The notes below the pieces were generated by a model, which did no database searches, had not been told where the DNA came from, and was given only the letters and a program-made list of their open reading frames with translations. A stretch of DNA of 63,087 nucleotides, counting the filler, from Octopus bimaculoides (lineage: Eukaryota), in assembly GCF_001194135.2 (NCBI RefSeq). It is 8 parts of 7 records of this genome, joined end to end, with 100 filler letters (N's around TTAATTAATTAA, not from the genome) between each part and the next. Parts side by side here need not be neighbours in the genome. Positions count along the whole stretch, not along the records: positions 1 to 19,002 come from NC_069003.1; 7 more parts are not named here. The stretch is one strand, 5' to 3'. Positions 1-11,570 of this stretch are shown in pieces; within the stretch, counting starts at the first letter, position 1, and every line of letters begins with the position of its first letter. Both the position numbers and the translations under genes were made by a program.

Positions 1-1080
1 TGGTGGTGGTGATGTTGTTGCCATTGGCAGCGGCGGTTGTGGTGGTGTTGATGGTTGTGATAGTGACGATGTTGCTGATAGTGTTGTTAATGTGGTGGTG
101 ATCATGTGGTTAATGTGGTGGTGATCATGGTGAAAGTAATGGTCGTGATGCTGCTGATATTTTTGCTACTGCTGCTGCTGGTTTTGGTGGCGGTGATGTC
201 GATGAAGTTACCTATAGTATGTAACATCAGCTGTGTCGGCGACGGAGGCGGGTGTAACGGAAAATGGTTATGAAGGGAGTGATGATGGTGGTGGTGATGG
301 TGGTGCCGGCACCAGCGGGAGTGGTGATGGCGATAATTCTGGTGGTGTTGATGATTGTGATGGCTGTAATGGCGGTAACAGTGGGGTTGCTGACGGTGAA
401 GTGGCAGTAGGAGGTGGAGGTAAGTATGGTGGTAGTGGTGGTTTTGATGGTAGTGGTAATAATGGTGGTGATAATAGTGGTGGTGGTGACCGGTGGTTGT
501 CTTGCCATGATGATAGTTATATTTGGTTGTGTTACTGGTGGTTGTTATGGTGATGCCGTTTATGAAAGTCGTAGTGGTGGTGGTGGGGGTGTTGGTGGGG
601 GTGGTAGTGGATATGGTTGTTTGAATGGTTTTATTGTTGATGATGGTGGTGGTGGTGGTGGTGGTGATGATGGTTATGTTACAGGTCATTGTAGTGGTAA
701 TTATATTGGTGCTGTTGTTGACTTTACTACTTAAGATAGCGATGATGATGGTGGTGATGATCATGGTGGCGATGGTGATGGTGGTGATGGTGGTGATGGT
801 GATGGTGGTGATGGTGGTGATGGTAGTGCTGGGGGGGGGTAGAAATTGTGATGTCAATAGAGATGACGGTGCTGGTGATCCCCGTCGCCGTTTTCGTCGT
901 CATCGTCATCGTGGTACTCATAATGCTGGTAGTATTTATACTAGCTGTGCTAGCATCTGTGACGGAAGAGATGCTGATGGTATTGATGGTATTGACGATG
1001 GTAATGATGTTGTTAGACTTAGCAATGATCCAGTCTGTGTTTCTTCTATAGCCTCCAACCATTATCTTGTATTGTTATGA
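1..1080. repeat. Cryptic (GGT/GAT/GTT)n trinucleotide low-complexity tract
   Basis: Continuous GGT/GAT/GGC triplet runs. All overlapping ORFs are poly-G/D/V/M/T/H translations of the repeat. Confidence 0.9.
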
Positions 1081-1731
1081 AAGCTGCAACGTTAATAGGT
1101 GCACATTCGGTGCACCACTCTATTAAATGAAATAACAACACTGCAGTATAATGCAACCAAAGACTCTTTAGATAAATATATTCGTTGTTGTTGTTGCTGT
1201 TTTCGTTATTGCTGTTCTTGTTGTTTTTATATTTATTTTACTCGCTTGTGTCCGTGTTTTTCGGCGATTTTATTGCTGCCGCAGCTGTTGAACTTCTTGT
1301 CGTTCCTATTCTTGTTGTTGCTGTCGTTATTGGTGGTGGCGGTAGTGTTAGTGATAATGTTTTGGTCATTAGACTTTGGCTCATGTTAGTGCAGCGATGC
1401 TGTGGATATATATATATATATATANNNNNNNNNNNNNNNNNNNNNNNNNNNNCATACATATATACACATATATCTCTGTGTGTATGTGTGTTTGTACAAA
1501 AGTAGATAAATACAGGTAAGATTAATGAGTATATTTACATGGTATACAAAAGACAAAGTACAGAATAAAGAATAGAAAACGCAAAGACAATGTAATAATC
1601 TTGACAGCTGTTTCGGGTGAACCATGGCTATATATGTAAAATTCATTTTTAACTATAGAAGCTTTGTTCCTACGAGCGACGATTATATATTGTTTATGCC
1701 CTTATTTATGAATTTGTTGTTTCTGTTATTG

Positions 1732-1773
<42 letters not shown>

Positions 1774-1844
1774 TGTGTGTGTATGTGTGTGTGTAAAATA
1801 TGCATATATATACACCACCCCATCGAATTGTACGCGATAAGCCC

Positions 1845-2032
1845 TGGCATACGAGTGCTGTTAAGAAACTCACTTGACAGTAGTGGTTTCTTTAACCGTA
1901 GAATTATTGAATTATTGAATAACCTTAAAATTATTGAAAATAAATTCAAGAGTCGATTTCTTCGACTAAATCCCTTTCAAGGTGGTGCCCCAGCATGGTC
2001 TCAGTCCAGTGACTCAAAGAAATAACAGATAA
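1845..2032 (+). mobile_element. Degenerate, internally deleted tRNA-derived SINE (family A here)
   Basis: The 3' tail TCGACTAAATCCCTTTCAAGGTGGTGCCCCAGCATGG matches the tails of the copies at 19112-19526 (minus) and 17310-17440. Confidence 0.6.
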
Positions 2033-2188
2033 TTAACCCACTTCAGCGAAAACTTCACTCACCGCTGATACAAGAAACTACCAAAATGAATACGTGTACG
2101 TGTGTGTGATTGTGCGCGTGTGTGTAGCATGTGCATTTGCGAGTGAGTGTTTGGGGTACTTTGAATGTCTGTTATATTTTACTATAGT

Positions 2189-2375
2189 GGAGCCGCAATG
2201 ACCCAGTGTTTAGGGCAGCTGACTCGCAGTCGTAGGGTCACGGTTTCGATTCTCAGACCGGGCGTTGTGAGTGTTTATTGAGCGAAAACACCTAAAAGAA
2301 AAAAGGTCCACGTGCAGGCTGTTCCGTTGATTGAATCAAGCGGAATCCTCCACGTCGTAACCGACGGAGTGCCAC
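2189..2375 (+). mobile_element. tRNA-derived SINE (family C-related)
   Basis: Head has an A-box-like GACCCAGTGTTTAG and a B-box-like GGTTTCGATTCTC. The 3' end CAGGCTGTTCCGTTGA...GTCGTAACCGACGGAGTGCC is shared with 29988-30300 (minus). Confidence 0.75.
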
Positions 2376-2950
2376 NNNNNNNNNNNNNNNNNNNNNNNNN
2401 NNNNNNNNNNNNNNNNNNNNNNNNNNNNNNNNNNNNNNNNNNNNNNNNNNNNNNNNNNNNNNNNNNNNNNNNNNNNNNNNNNNNNNNNNNNNNNNNNNNN
2501 NNNNNNNNNNNNNNNNNNNNNNNNNNNNNNNNNNNNNNNNNNNNNNNNNNNNNNNNNNNNNNNNNNNNNNNNNNNNNNNNNNNNNNNNNNNNNNNNNNNN
2601 NNNNNNNNNNNNNNNNNNNNNNNNNNNNNNNNNNNNNNNNNNNNNNNNNNNNNNNNNNNNNNNNNNNNNNNNNNNNNNNNNNNNNNNNNNNNNNNNNNNN
2701 NNNNNNNNNNNNATTATTTTGTTTAAAAGAGTTCCAACACTGTCTGTTTCTTATGTTTTATTTATATTCCTGCAGAACCAATGTGGGGTATAGAATATGG
2801 AATATACAATATATAATATAATATACAATATATAATATAAAATAAGATAAAATAAAAATGGATGGCACCATGAAAGAAAGTATTGAATGTAGATGAAATA
2901 TTGAGTGTTCAATATAAAGGATCAAATATATAAATATAAGTATATAAAGG

Positions 2951-2990
2951 CGACTCGAGTTTCAGGGCTATTTCCCTTCGTCATGGCCGC
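2951..2990 (-). ncRNA. Degenerate minimal type-I hammerhead-ribozyme-like motif
   Basis: Minus strand reads GGCC-A-UGACGA-AGGG(AAAUAG)CCCU-GAA-ACUCGAGU-C-GCC: 4-bp stem II, palindromic stem III and a GUC triplet, with one core defect at C3. Confidence 0.45.
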
Positions 2991-3164
2991 ACACCACTAC
3001 ACCATACATCACCATACCACACAGCACCACATCACATCACATCATATCACACTACCACGCACACACTAGCACAGACCACTTCCCAACCGCACATCCGCAC
3101 ACCTACACATACACATCGCACGCGCAGCTTCGTTTTGTGATCGCCACTATTTTATTATTTCCCC

Positions 3165-3370
3165 TTCTTCCTAGCTCTCCTGTGTGACCCCTGTGTCCAG
3201 CATTCGCCATGATAGATTGCTAGCCACTACACATTCTTTCTTTTCCCTACTTGTTTTTTTCCGTGTTCCTTTCTATGAAAGAGCGTAGGCTCGAAACATT
3301 AAAGACTTTTTCACTTCCTGACCGTTAAACTAATGCATCTGTTCGTTGTCTACAGCACGTGCCTTCGTCT
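3165..3370 (+). mobile_element. Interspersed repeat, probably Penelope-like terminal region, carrying a hammerhead-like motif
   Basis: Homologous to 62930-63087. Contains CCTTT-CTATGAA-A-GAGC(GTAG)GCTC-GAAACATT-AAAG. Confidence 0.5.
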
Positions 3371-3463
3371 TTTTTTTGTGTGTTAATTCTCCCTATATAT
3401 GCACCTATCTGTACACACATATACGTATATGCATATACGTTTGTATGTGTATGTCCGCCTCTC

Positions 3464-3500
<37 letters not shown>

Positions 3501-4235
3501 ATATGAACACACACTCATACACGCACACACCCACACGCACTCACACCCACACACACACCCACACGCATGCACATCTATAGCTTGCCGTTGTGTCTCTCTC
3601 TATATTTTTTTTGACAGGATCACGTGTGTGAACCACTTGCTTCAAATTGCAACCACGTCATCTCCCTTATTTCAGTGAAGAGCTCCCTATAGGATTTCAT
3701 TTAATGCAATGTTGCTACCAGCATGTTTTTCTATATGGCAAATATTAGCAGAGGTGGCCATTTTGAAATGGCGAAGCGGACATTTTAAAAGTTTACTATC
3801 GAAAAGACCAGTTTGTTTTCTAATCGCTAACATTTTTCAATATATTAAAGTTAATATTAATATATATTATTAATTTCTTCCTCTCCTACTCCCATAAATT
3901 GTATTTTTGAGGTATTCTATTAGATTTTTTTTTTACTGTTGCCGTTTTTTTTTTGTTTGTTAAGTTTGTTTTCGTTTTTTTAGTCATATTTTTCCATTTT
4001 TTCTATAGCTATTATTAATTTTTTTCTTGCAAAAATAACAAATATTGATTTGTTAGCTAGAAATATTATTATACAATATTAATGGATAATCTATATGGAT
4101 TTCAAGTTTTTCGCTTTGGCTGGTTTGTTTTTGCATTTTACTTTATTTACTTGTCGGCGATGAGGGTGGATTATAGATTTCCCTATTCTCTTGAATGCCT
4201 TCCCTGCCCACTCACACACACGCACACTCTCTCTA

Positions 4236-4270
<35 letters not shown>

Positions 4271-4385
4271 TTCTCTCTCTCACTCTATCTATCTCACTCT
4301 CTCACTCTCTCTTGCTTAAGATCCACTCCTCCACGAACAGTCTTTATTCCATTATTTTTCCGCCTTCATTTATCTATGCACGCAC

Positions 4386-4474
<89 letters not shown>

Positions 4475-4769
4475 GACACACACATACACAAAGACACACA
4501 CACACAAGCATGCACACATTTATATATTCATATGTGTGTGTGTGTGTATATATATAAGAAATTTCTCATTTTATAAACTTATATTGAATCCTATTAAATT
4601 TCTGCAAAGGGCAGATACATTTCTACGAGAAAATAATAAAATAGATTGTAATATAAATAGACTGTTGATTAAACAGACCCTAGTCTATAACAGGTATTTA
4701 TAATTATGAACGCAAATCAATTTCATCAGATGTGTATATGCAGGCATAACTTTGTTCTTTTTTTCAATG

Positions 4770-4970
4770 AATTGATTCATTCATTTGAGTGTGGCCATGT
4801 AGGAGCACCGCTTTATAGGATTTTAGTCGAACAAATCGACCCCAAGGTTTTTCTTTGTAAGAGTACTACTTATTCTATCGGTCGCGTTTTGCTGAACTAC
4901 TAGGTTACGGGGACGTAAACAAACCAACATCGGTTGTCAAGCGATGGCAGCGGACAAACACAAACACACA
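4770..4970 (-). mobile_element. SINE family A, 3' half
   Basis: TTTTAGTCGAACAAATCGACCCCA...TTATTCTATCGGTC...GGGGACGTAAAC aligns to 19180-19310. Confidence 0.75.
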
Positions 4971-5205
4971 CACACATATATATATATATAGGCTGAGAGA
5001 GTTGGTATGTGAAACACATGTTTGGATGTATAAAATACAAAATAAAGTGAAAAAACTACAGAAGACTTGTGTTATATGGTTAAAGAATATATTTAAATCG
5101 TTATGTCAGAAAAATGTTATAAAATTTTGAGTATAGAAACATTGTTTTTGGAGAAATAACCAGTTTCGTGTTTTCTTTTCTAATTTCTCAAATTTCATAT
5201 ATTGT

Positions 5206-5928
5206 GTCATATCTTTGCTATGATGTGAAACATGAGAGTTCCCGACAGGGAAAGGTAATCAGGGATTGTTTTTCGGTATAAGGGAAATAATAAAAAATGT
5301 TGGGAATGGATTAGGTTGCATTAATTTAACATGATTTGGTTTAGAAAGAATAGAATGTTAGAAGTGGTTAAGCTTTACTTCACATATTTTTCAAGGAGGC
5401 AAGTTTCCTTATTTAAAAATGCTAGAAATGATTAAGTTTCAGTGAAATAGGTTTCCTTATTTAATCTAACTTGTGTTGGGGTTCCAATGGCACATTGATA
5501 AAATGGAAAGATTACAAATTGTGGTAGCAGTTGCTTTGCGCATCTCTCAATGTGTTCACTAAAGAGTATCATTCTCTATTCTGGGAAGGCAACCTGCAGT
5601 TGGTGCAGAGTGCATCTGCACCTGAACAATAATCCTGTGGACCCTATGTCGTTTTGGTGGCAGCCCGAGCATCTTATAACATCAGGTTTTCTGAGGCACA
5701 AGTAAAGTCAAATTTGATTTTGAAAATTTGTCCCCTTTGAGAAGGAATTCTGGTCCTTCTACAAGAAAAACGTAACCACATCCTATACTCTCGAAACCAA
5801 ATCATGCTAAATTGATAAAACTTAGTCATTCCCAGCATTTTTTATTATCTCCCTCATACCGAAAAAATCCCTGATTACCTTCCCCTGTCTGGAAATCTCA
5901 TACTTCATATCATAGCAAAGAGATTGAC
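5206..5928. mobile_element. Old fold-back or MITE-like element with imperfect inverted arms of about 160 bp
   Basis: 5206-5370 is the reverse complement of 5773-5928, e.g. GGTAATCAGGGATT versus AATCCCTGATTACC (roughly 80% identity by eye). Confidence 0.7.
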
Positions 5929-6072
5929 AAAATTATTTTTTGAACCTGTTGAAGACACACAAGATGTCGCAATATCGTTCACTGGGTGACAATGACACTC
6001 TTCTTTTAATTTTGATTTTGTATCTTCTGGAGGAGTTACCTCAATCCTTTATATATTAATAATAATAATAAC

Positions 6073-6120
<48 letters not shown>

Positions 6121-6123
<3 letters not shown>

Positions 6124-6673
6124 CACACGCCAGAAAAGGTCACAGAAAACGAGAAAGCAACCATACTCTGGGATATGCCAATACACACAGATAGAGAAAT
6201 TAAGGCAAATAGACCAGATATAGTTGTCAAAGATCATGAAGAAAAAAAATGCTTTCTAATTGATGTATCAATACCAGCAGATGACAACGTTTCTCTAAAA
6301 GAAATGGGAAAACTTTCAAAATACAAAGACCTGGAAATNNNNNNNNNNNNNNNNNNNNNNNNNNNNNNNNNNNNNNNNNNNNNNNNNNNNNNNNNNNNNN
6401 NNNNNNNNNNNNNNNNNNNNNNNNNNNNNNNNNNNNGTGCCTTAGGTATAATAAAAAAATATTCAGACAAATACATAACAAAAATACCAGGACTTACAAA
6501 TATATATAACATACAGAAAATTGCACTACTGGGCACTGCACACATTCTACGCAAAACACTTTCAATACAGTAAACATAAGAGCATCACAGCAAACCACAG
6601 CACATACCCAAGGCGCACAGAGCTGCGCTCGGTAGTGAAGTGAAAGCACGTTATAAAAATAAAATTACTGAAC
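6121..6673 (+). mobile_element. 5'-truncated R4/Dong-like non-LTR retrotransposon (RLE domain and 3' UTR) inserted in (AAT)n
   Basis: Open frame ILWDMPIHTDREIKANRPDIVVKD...CFLIDVSIP...ALGII...QKIALLGTAHILRK is a restriction-like endonuclease PD-(D/E) motif. Long (AAT)n tracts flank both sides. Confidence 0.85.
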
Positions 6674-6741
<68 letters not shown>

Positions 6742-7991
6742 GGAGCATGGAGACTTGTACACCAATAATTCTTATTTTACAGTTATTTACAGCCTATTAC
6801 AATGACCTACAAGTGTTTCCACTGCAGCGACTGCGCATTGTAGCGATAAGAATTTATAAACTTTCGAAGTAACATGAAATATTTCTTTTGAGGAGTAGTA
6901 GATTTCGTAGCACTTAAAACTATAAAATATAGCTTGTAAATATTTGAAATCAAATATTATCGTGTGTAAGAGATAATGACATAGAGTTTGTTGTTGTCTT
7001 TATATCAGAGCAATGGTGCGTGGTCAGTGAAAAATCGGTGAGGGACAATATATGGTCAGTTGGGGTCTGAATGACCTCGCAAGCCCCTATGACTTCTGAA
7101 CAGCACTTGGCCATCCCAGATCTTTGCCCCGTTTTAAGTGTAGAGTAGATACGAAAGAAAAGAGACTGATCATTTAACTGAGAAATCCCTCTTGTTATTC
7201 TAGTAACGTTTCTCATTGTTTTCAGTTCAAATCCTACCCAGGACAACTTTGCCTTTCATCCCTCTCTGGGTCGATAATCTAAATTTGTAGCAGTCACGTA
7301 CTGACATTAATATAATCGATTCTAACCGCCGCTTGACCTCCATATGTTTCTGTCTGCTTGTCCTCTTGCTTCATAATTCTAATCATGTAACCATTACTAA
7401 TAATGTACCATTACCACTATTGCTCTTCGAATTTCTTAGTCCCACATAAGGGACAACAACGACGAGCAACAATCATGCCAAAGTCTTCGTTTCACTCCAG
7501 GCAATTTGCCATCTTGCTTATGAACAACATTTTGTGTGATTTGCTTATTTCCATGGGAAAATATTAATTTTCCGTTCATGAAATCTTTCCTCCAGCAATT
7601 GCATCACCCAATGATTAATCTGAGGATTTGTGTATGTCTTGATACGAAATCAATCAATTTTCTGTCGTGTGTGTATGCATGTATGTATGTATATATATAT
7701 ATATATATATNNNNNNNNNNNNNNNNNNNNNNNNNNNNNNNNNNNNNNNNNNNNNNNNNNNNNNNNNNNNNNNNNNNNNNNNNNNNNNNNNNNNNNNNNN
7801 NNNNNNNNNNNNNNNNNNNNNNNNNNNNNNNNNNNNNNNNNNNNNNNNNNNNNNNNNNNNNNNNNNNNNNNNNNNNNNNNNNNNNNNNNNNNNNNNNNNN
7901 NNNNNNNNNNNNNNNNNNNNNNNNNNNNNNNNNNNNNNNNNNNNNNNNNNNNNNNNNNNNNNNNNNNNNNNNNNNNNNNNNNNNNNNNNNN

Positions 7992-8036
<45 letters not shown>

Positions 8037-8844
8037 CATATGTATACTTATATAAATATATATATATATATACAAAATATATACATATGAATGTATATCT
8101 TTATATATTTATGCATACATGTGTATCTGTGTGTGCGTGTGTATGTGTGTTTGTATTATAATTATAAGAAAACATTAAATATGAACTATGGAAGAATGTA
8201 CTGCCTCGAGAATCAGAACCTCTTTCTCTCCTATAATAATAATAATAATAATAATCGAGATTGCGTATGAAACAGTGTCAGTAAACGCAAGAAGTCTTTT
8301 CCGCTGATAAGATCCAGCGTTACTGATGATTATCAAGAGTTTTGATTCAGGGCAGTGACCAGATGGATTATACATGAGTGACTGGAGAGAGAAGAAGAGG
8401 AAAGAAGAAAAAGAGTGAACATGGTTGGTGCGAGGAAGAGTATGAGGCCGACAGACGGAGAGAGGAAGAGAGAAAGAGGGAGTGAGTGACTGAGAGTGAA
8501 ACTGAGTGAGTGGGAGAGCGAGTGGGATAGAGAGTTGGACGTAAAAACATGAAAGGACGGACTGGATTTAGTAGACACAAGATAGATCATAACTGGTAGA
8601 GGATATGCGTTTGTTTATATATGTGCGTGTGTTGGCACGTCTGTGTGTATATGTATACAAATATACATACATGCATACATGTATATATGTGTGTGTGAGA
8701 GAGAGTGAAGAAGGAAGAGAAAGAGAGTGGGAGAGAGAGAGAGAAGGAGAAAGAGGGAGAGAGAGAAGGAGAAGTAAGGATTAAAATAACGATTCGGACT
8801 AAGCAATAGATAGATAGTTTATAAGAGGTTGAAAGAGGGAGGAA

Positions 8845-8889
<45 letters not shown>

Positions 8890-9327
8890 CTCGGAGCAAC
8901 AGAAAAAAAGAAAGGAAGGAAGAGAGAAGGAAACTGAAGAGTAAGAGAGAGAAATGGGCAAAACGAATGAAGGGGGAGAGGGGGAGGGGGAAGAGAGAAA
9001 GTAAGCAACAAAGGATAAGTGAGATTGTTAAAGATCAAAAGACCGTCATTAAGTTAATTTAAGATTGTATTTATTTGAGATTTGGCAGAATAACAAGAAA
9101 ATATTACCAATTATAGTGGAGAGAAATCCGGGACGTTTGGAAACAATGAAGTTTTGGATAGAAAAATCGGGACGATTTGGAAATAATTGAATGTTGGATA
9201 GAATGCTGGGAGGATGGGGACATTGGAATCGTGTAGAAGAAGAAAAAAACTATCGTCTGATTATATCTCATGTCTAATAACTGATCCATTGATTTTAAAT
9301 AATATTTTAACCCTTTGAATATATGTG

Positions 9328-9364
<37 letters not shown>

Positions 9365-9837
9365 NNNNNNNNNNNNNNNNNNNNNNNNNNNNNNNNNNNN
9401 NNNNNNNNNNNNNNNNNNNNNNNNNNNNNNNNNNNNNNNNNNNNNNNNNNNNNNNNNNNNNNNNNNNNNNNNNNNNNNNNNNNNNNNNNNNNNNNNNNNN
9501 NNNNNNNNNNNNNNNNNNNNNNNNNNNNNNNNNNNNTGTGTGTGTGTGTGTGTGTGTGTGTGTTTGTGTGTGTGCGTATATATATATATATATATATATA
9601 TCGTATATACAGCAATATCGACTGCTGAATGCGAACTATAGAATAACTTTTTTTAGCTTATCGAACTTCGATACGGGAAAAATTTACAACCTTTCACGTC
9701 AATAAACAACTATTATTCCTGAAAGATTTTTTTTTTTTTTTACCTTCTACAAACTGTTCAAAGCTTACTAACTTCCTACATCTTGAGCCTTGGATCTTAC
9801 ATTTACATACTACTATACAAATACAGACACACATAAA

Positions 9838-11062
9838 CAGGGTGCGGTGAATAAATTGTCGTCTAAATTACACAAAGATGAAAATAATACTGACATCTTA
9901 TTTTAGCAGATTTATTTACCAAAATTACATATATTGAGTAAATTACATTTCTAAAGAGTAAATTTATTCAACCACAGCCGTCCGACGACTTCGGAATCTT
10001 AGGCAACTCTTCTGGATGTTCTCCTTGTTTAAATTGGTGAATGCTGCCATAATCCTTGCCTTCAGTTAATCTTCCATGCTGCAAAGAGTTTTGTTGGTCT
10101 CTCACTCAACTGTGCCCTACACATAATAATCAAGTAGGTTGCAGTCTGGGGAATTAGATGGTCAGATGTCAGGGGTGATTTGGTCGCAGAAATTGTCTGA
10201 CAACCATGACTGGGTTCTCCTGCTTGTGTGGCATGGTGCAGAGTCCTGTTGCCAGACATAGGGTCTTCCAGCAGCCACCCTCTTCACCCAGGGCAGCACT
10301 ACCTCCTCCAGACACTTGATGTAGGCCTCCATGTTGAGCCTGAGGCCGTGTGATAAGATGAATGAAGGTATAACGTCGCCATCACTAATGATCGCTCCAA
10401 ACACCATGATATTGACTGGATGTTTGATTTTCATCACTCTCGGTCCATGTTTTGGGGACATGGCATGCCAACGGTTGTTGTGTGTATTCACCACCTGATC
10501 CTGGCAGCAATTTTCTTGTCTGAGAAAAACCAAAGCATGCTCGGTTGGAGATACTTGAGTTTGTTCAAAAGCTACGTAGTGCGGTCTTTCGTCTTGTCCT
10601 TGATGGCTTGAGATAAAAATCAGCCTTTTCCTTTTTTATGAGGAATACCGAATTTCTTCCTGCACTACCTGCCTGATAAGAAACTCAGACACACCCATGT
10701 CCCTGGCGATGTACCTGATTGACGTGGAGGGATCGTTGTCAAACATAGTCTGGATCTCACCAGCAAATTCATTAGTTCTTTTCTTATTAGGACGATCAAA
10801 TTGAGTTTTTCGAGCTGCAGTACCTTTGTAATCACCATTAGACTCGTCCACTTTTTTTCGAATCCACTGGCCTGTCCTCAGATTGACATTCAAACACTCT
10901 GAAATGCTCATATTAGAGTGAATTGCTTCATGGTGTTGTTTTTCTCACAGACGGTGCCCAACTGAGCCTACTATGCTGTGTAGTTGACAAAATGAAAAAC
11001 AAACAATGCGCATGCATGGAATTAAAAGTATAAAATGGCGACAATTTACCCATTGCACTTTG
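9838..11062 (-). mobile_element. Tc1/mariner DNA transposon, DD37D (maT) family, decayed
   Basis: Imperfect TIRs CAGGGTGCGGTGAATAAATTGTCG and CGACAATTTACCCATTGCACTTTG, with TA after the right end. Transposase has WQQDSAPCH...*PSNSPDCNLLDY, with 37 residues between the second and third D. Confidence 0.9.
10010..10960 (-). pseudogene. maT-family transposase pseudogene (frameshifts and stops)
   Basis: ORFs 10636-10911 (HTH region, STSIRYIARDMGVSEFLIRQVV) and 10162-10533 (catalytic domain); in-frame TGA and TAG replace W codons. Confidence 0.85.
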
Positions 11063-11530
11063 TATATATACAATTCTAATTACTGTTTGTTAGTATCGCT
11101 GTCGCCTAACCGAAATTATATTTACCCATGACTACGCAGATGCACACACACAAATACAAGCATGCACGCACACACACGCACACACACGCACGCAGACACA
11201 CACATATGCGCTTGTGTGCATCTTGGGATTCTGCCTGTTTCTTTTACAGATACACAGACACACTCTTCCAAACTCTTCTACCGCTTTTGTGCCTTTCTCT
11301 CTTCATCTCCCCCTCCCTTGCTTGACCGCTCACACTTCGTCAGTCTCCCTCTCATTTCCATTACCTTCCACTCACTTCACTCTCTCTCTCTCTCTCTTTC
11401 TTCCTCTTTCTCTCTCTTTTCTCTCTCTTCTCTCTTTCTCCCTTTAGCTCTCCCTTTAATCTTATCTCTCATATTCTGTCAGTTTCATTTTTATTCTCAT
11501 TCCAATCCACTCTCTCTCCCTCTCTCTCTT

Positions 11531-11570
<40 letters not shown>

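Noticed and set aside
102-1505. Dense overlapping ORFs (His/Thr/Gly/Val-rich), suggestive of a structural or reflectin-like protein
   Set aside because: They are open on both strands purely because of GGT/GAT triplet repeats; there are no domain motifs or splice context.
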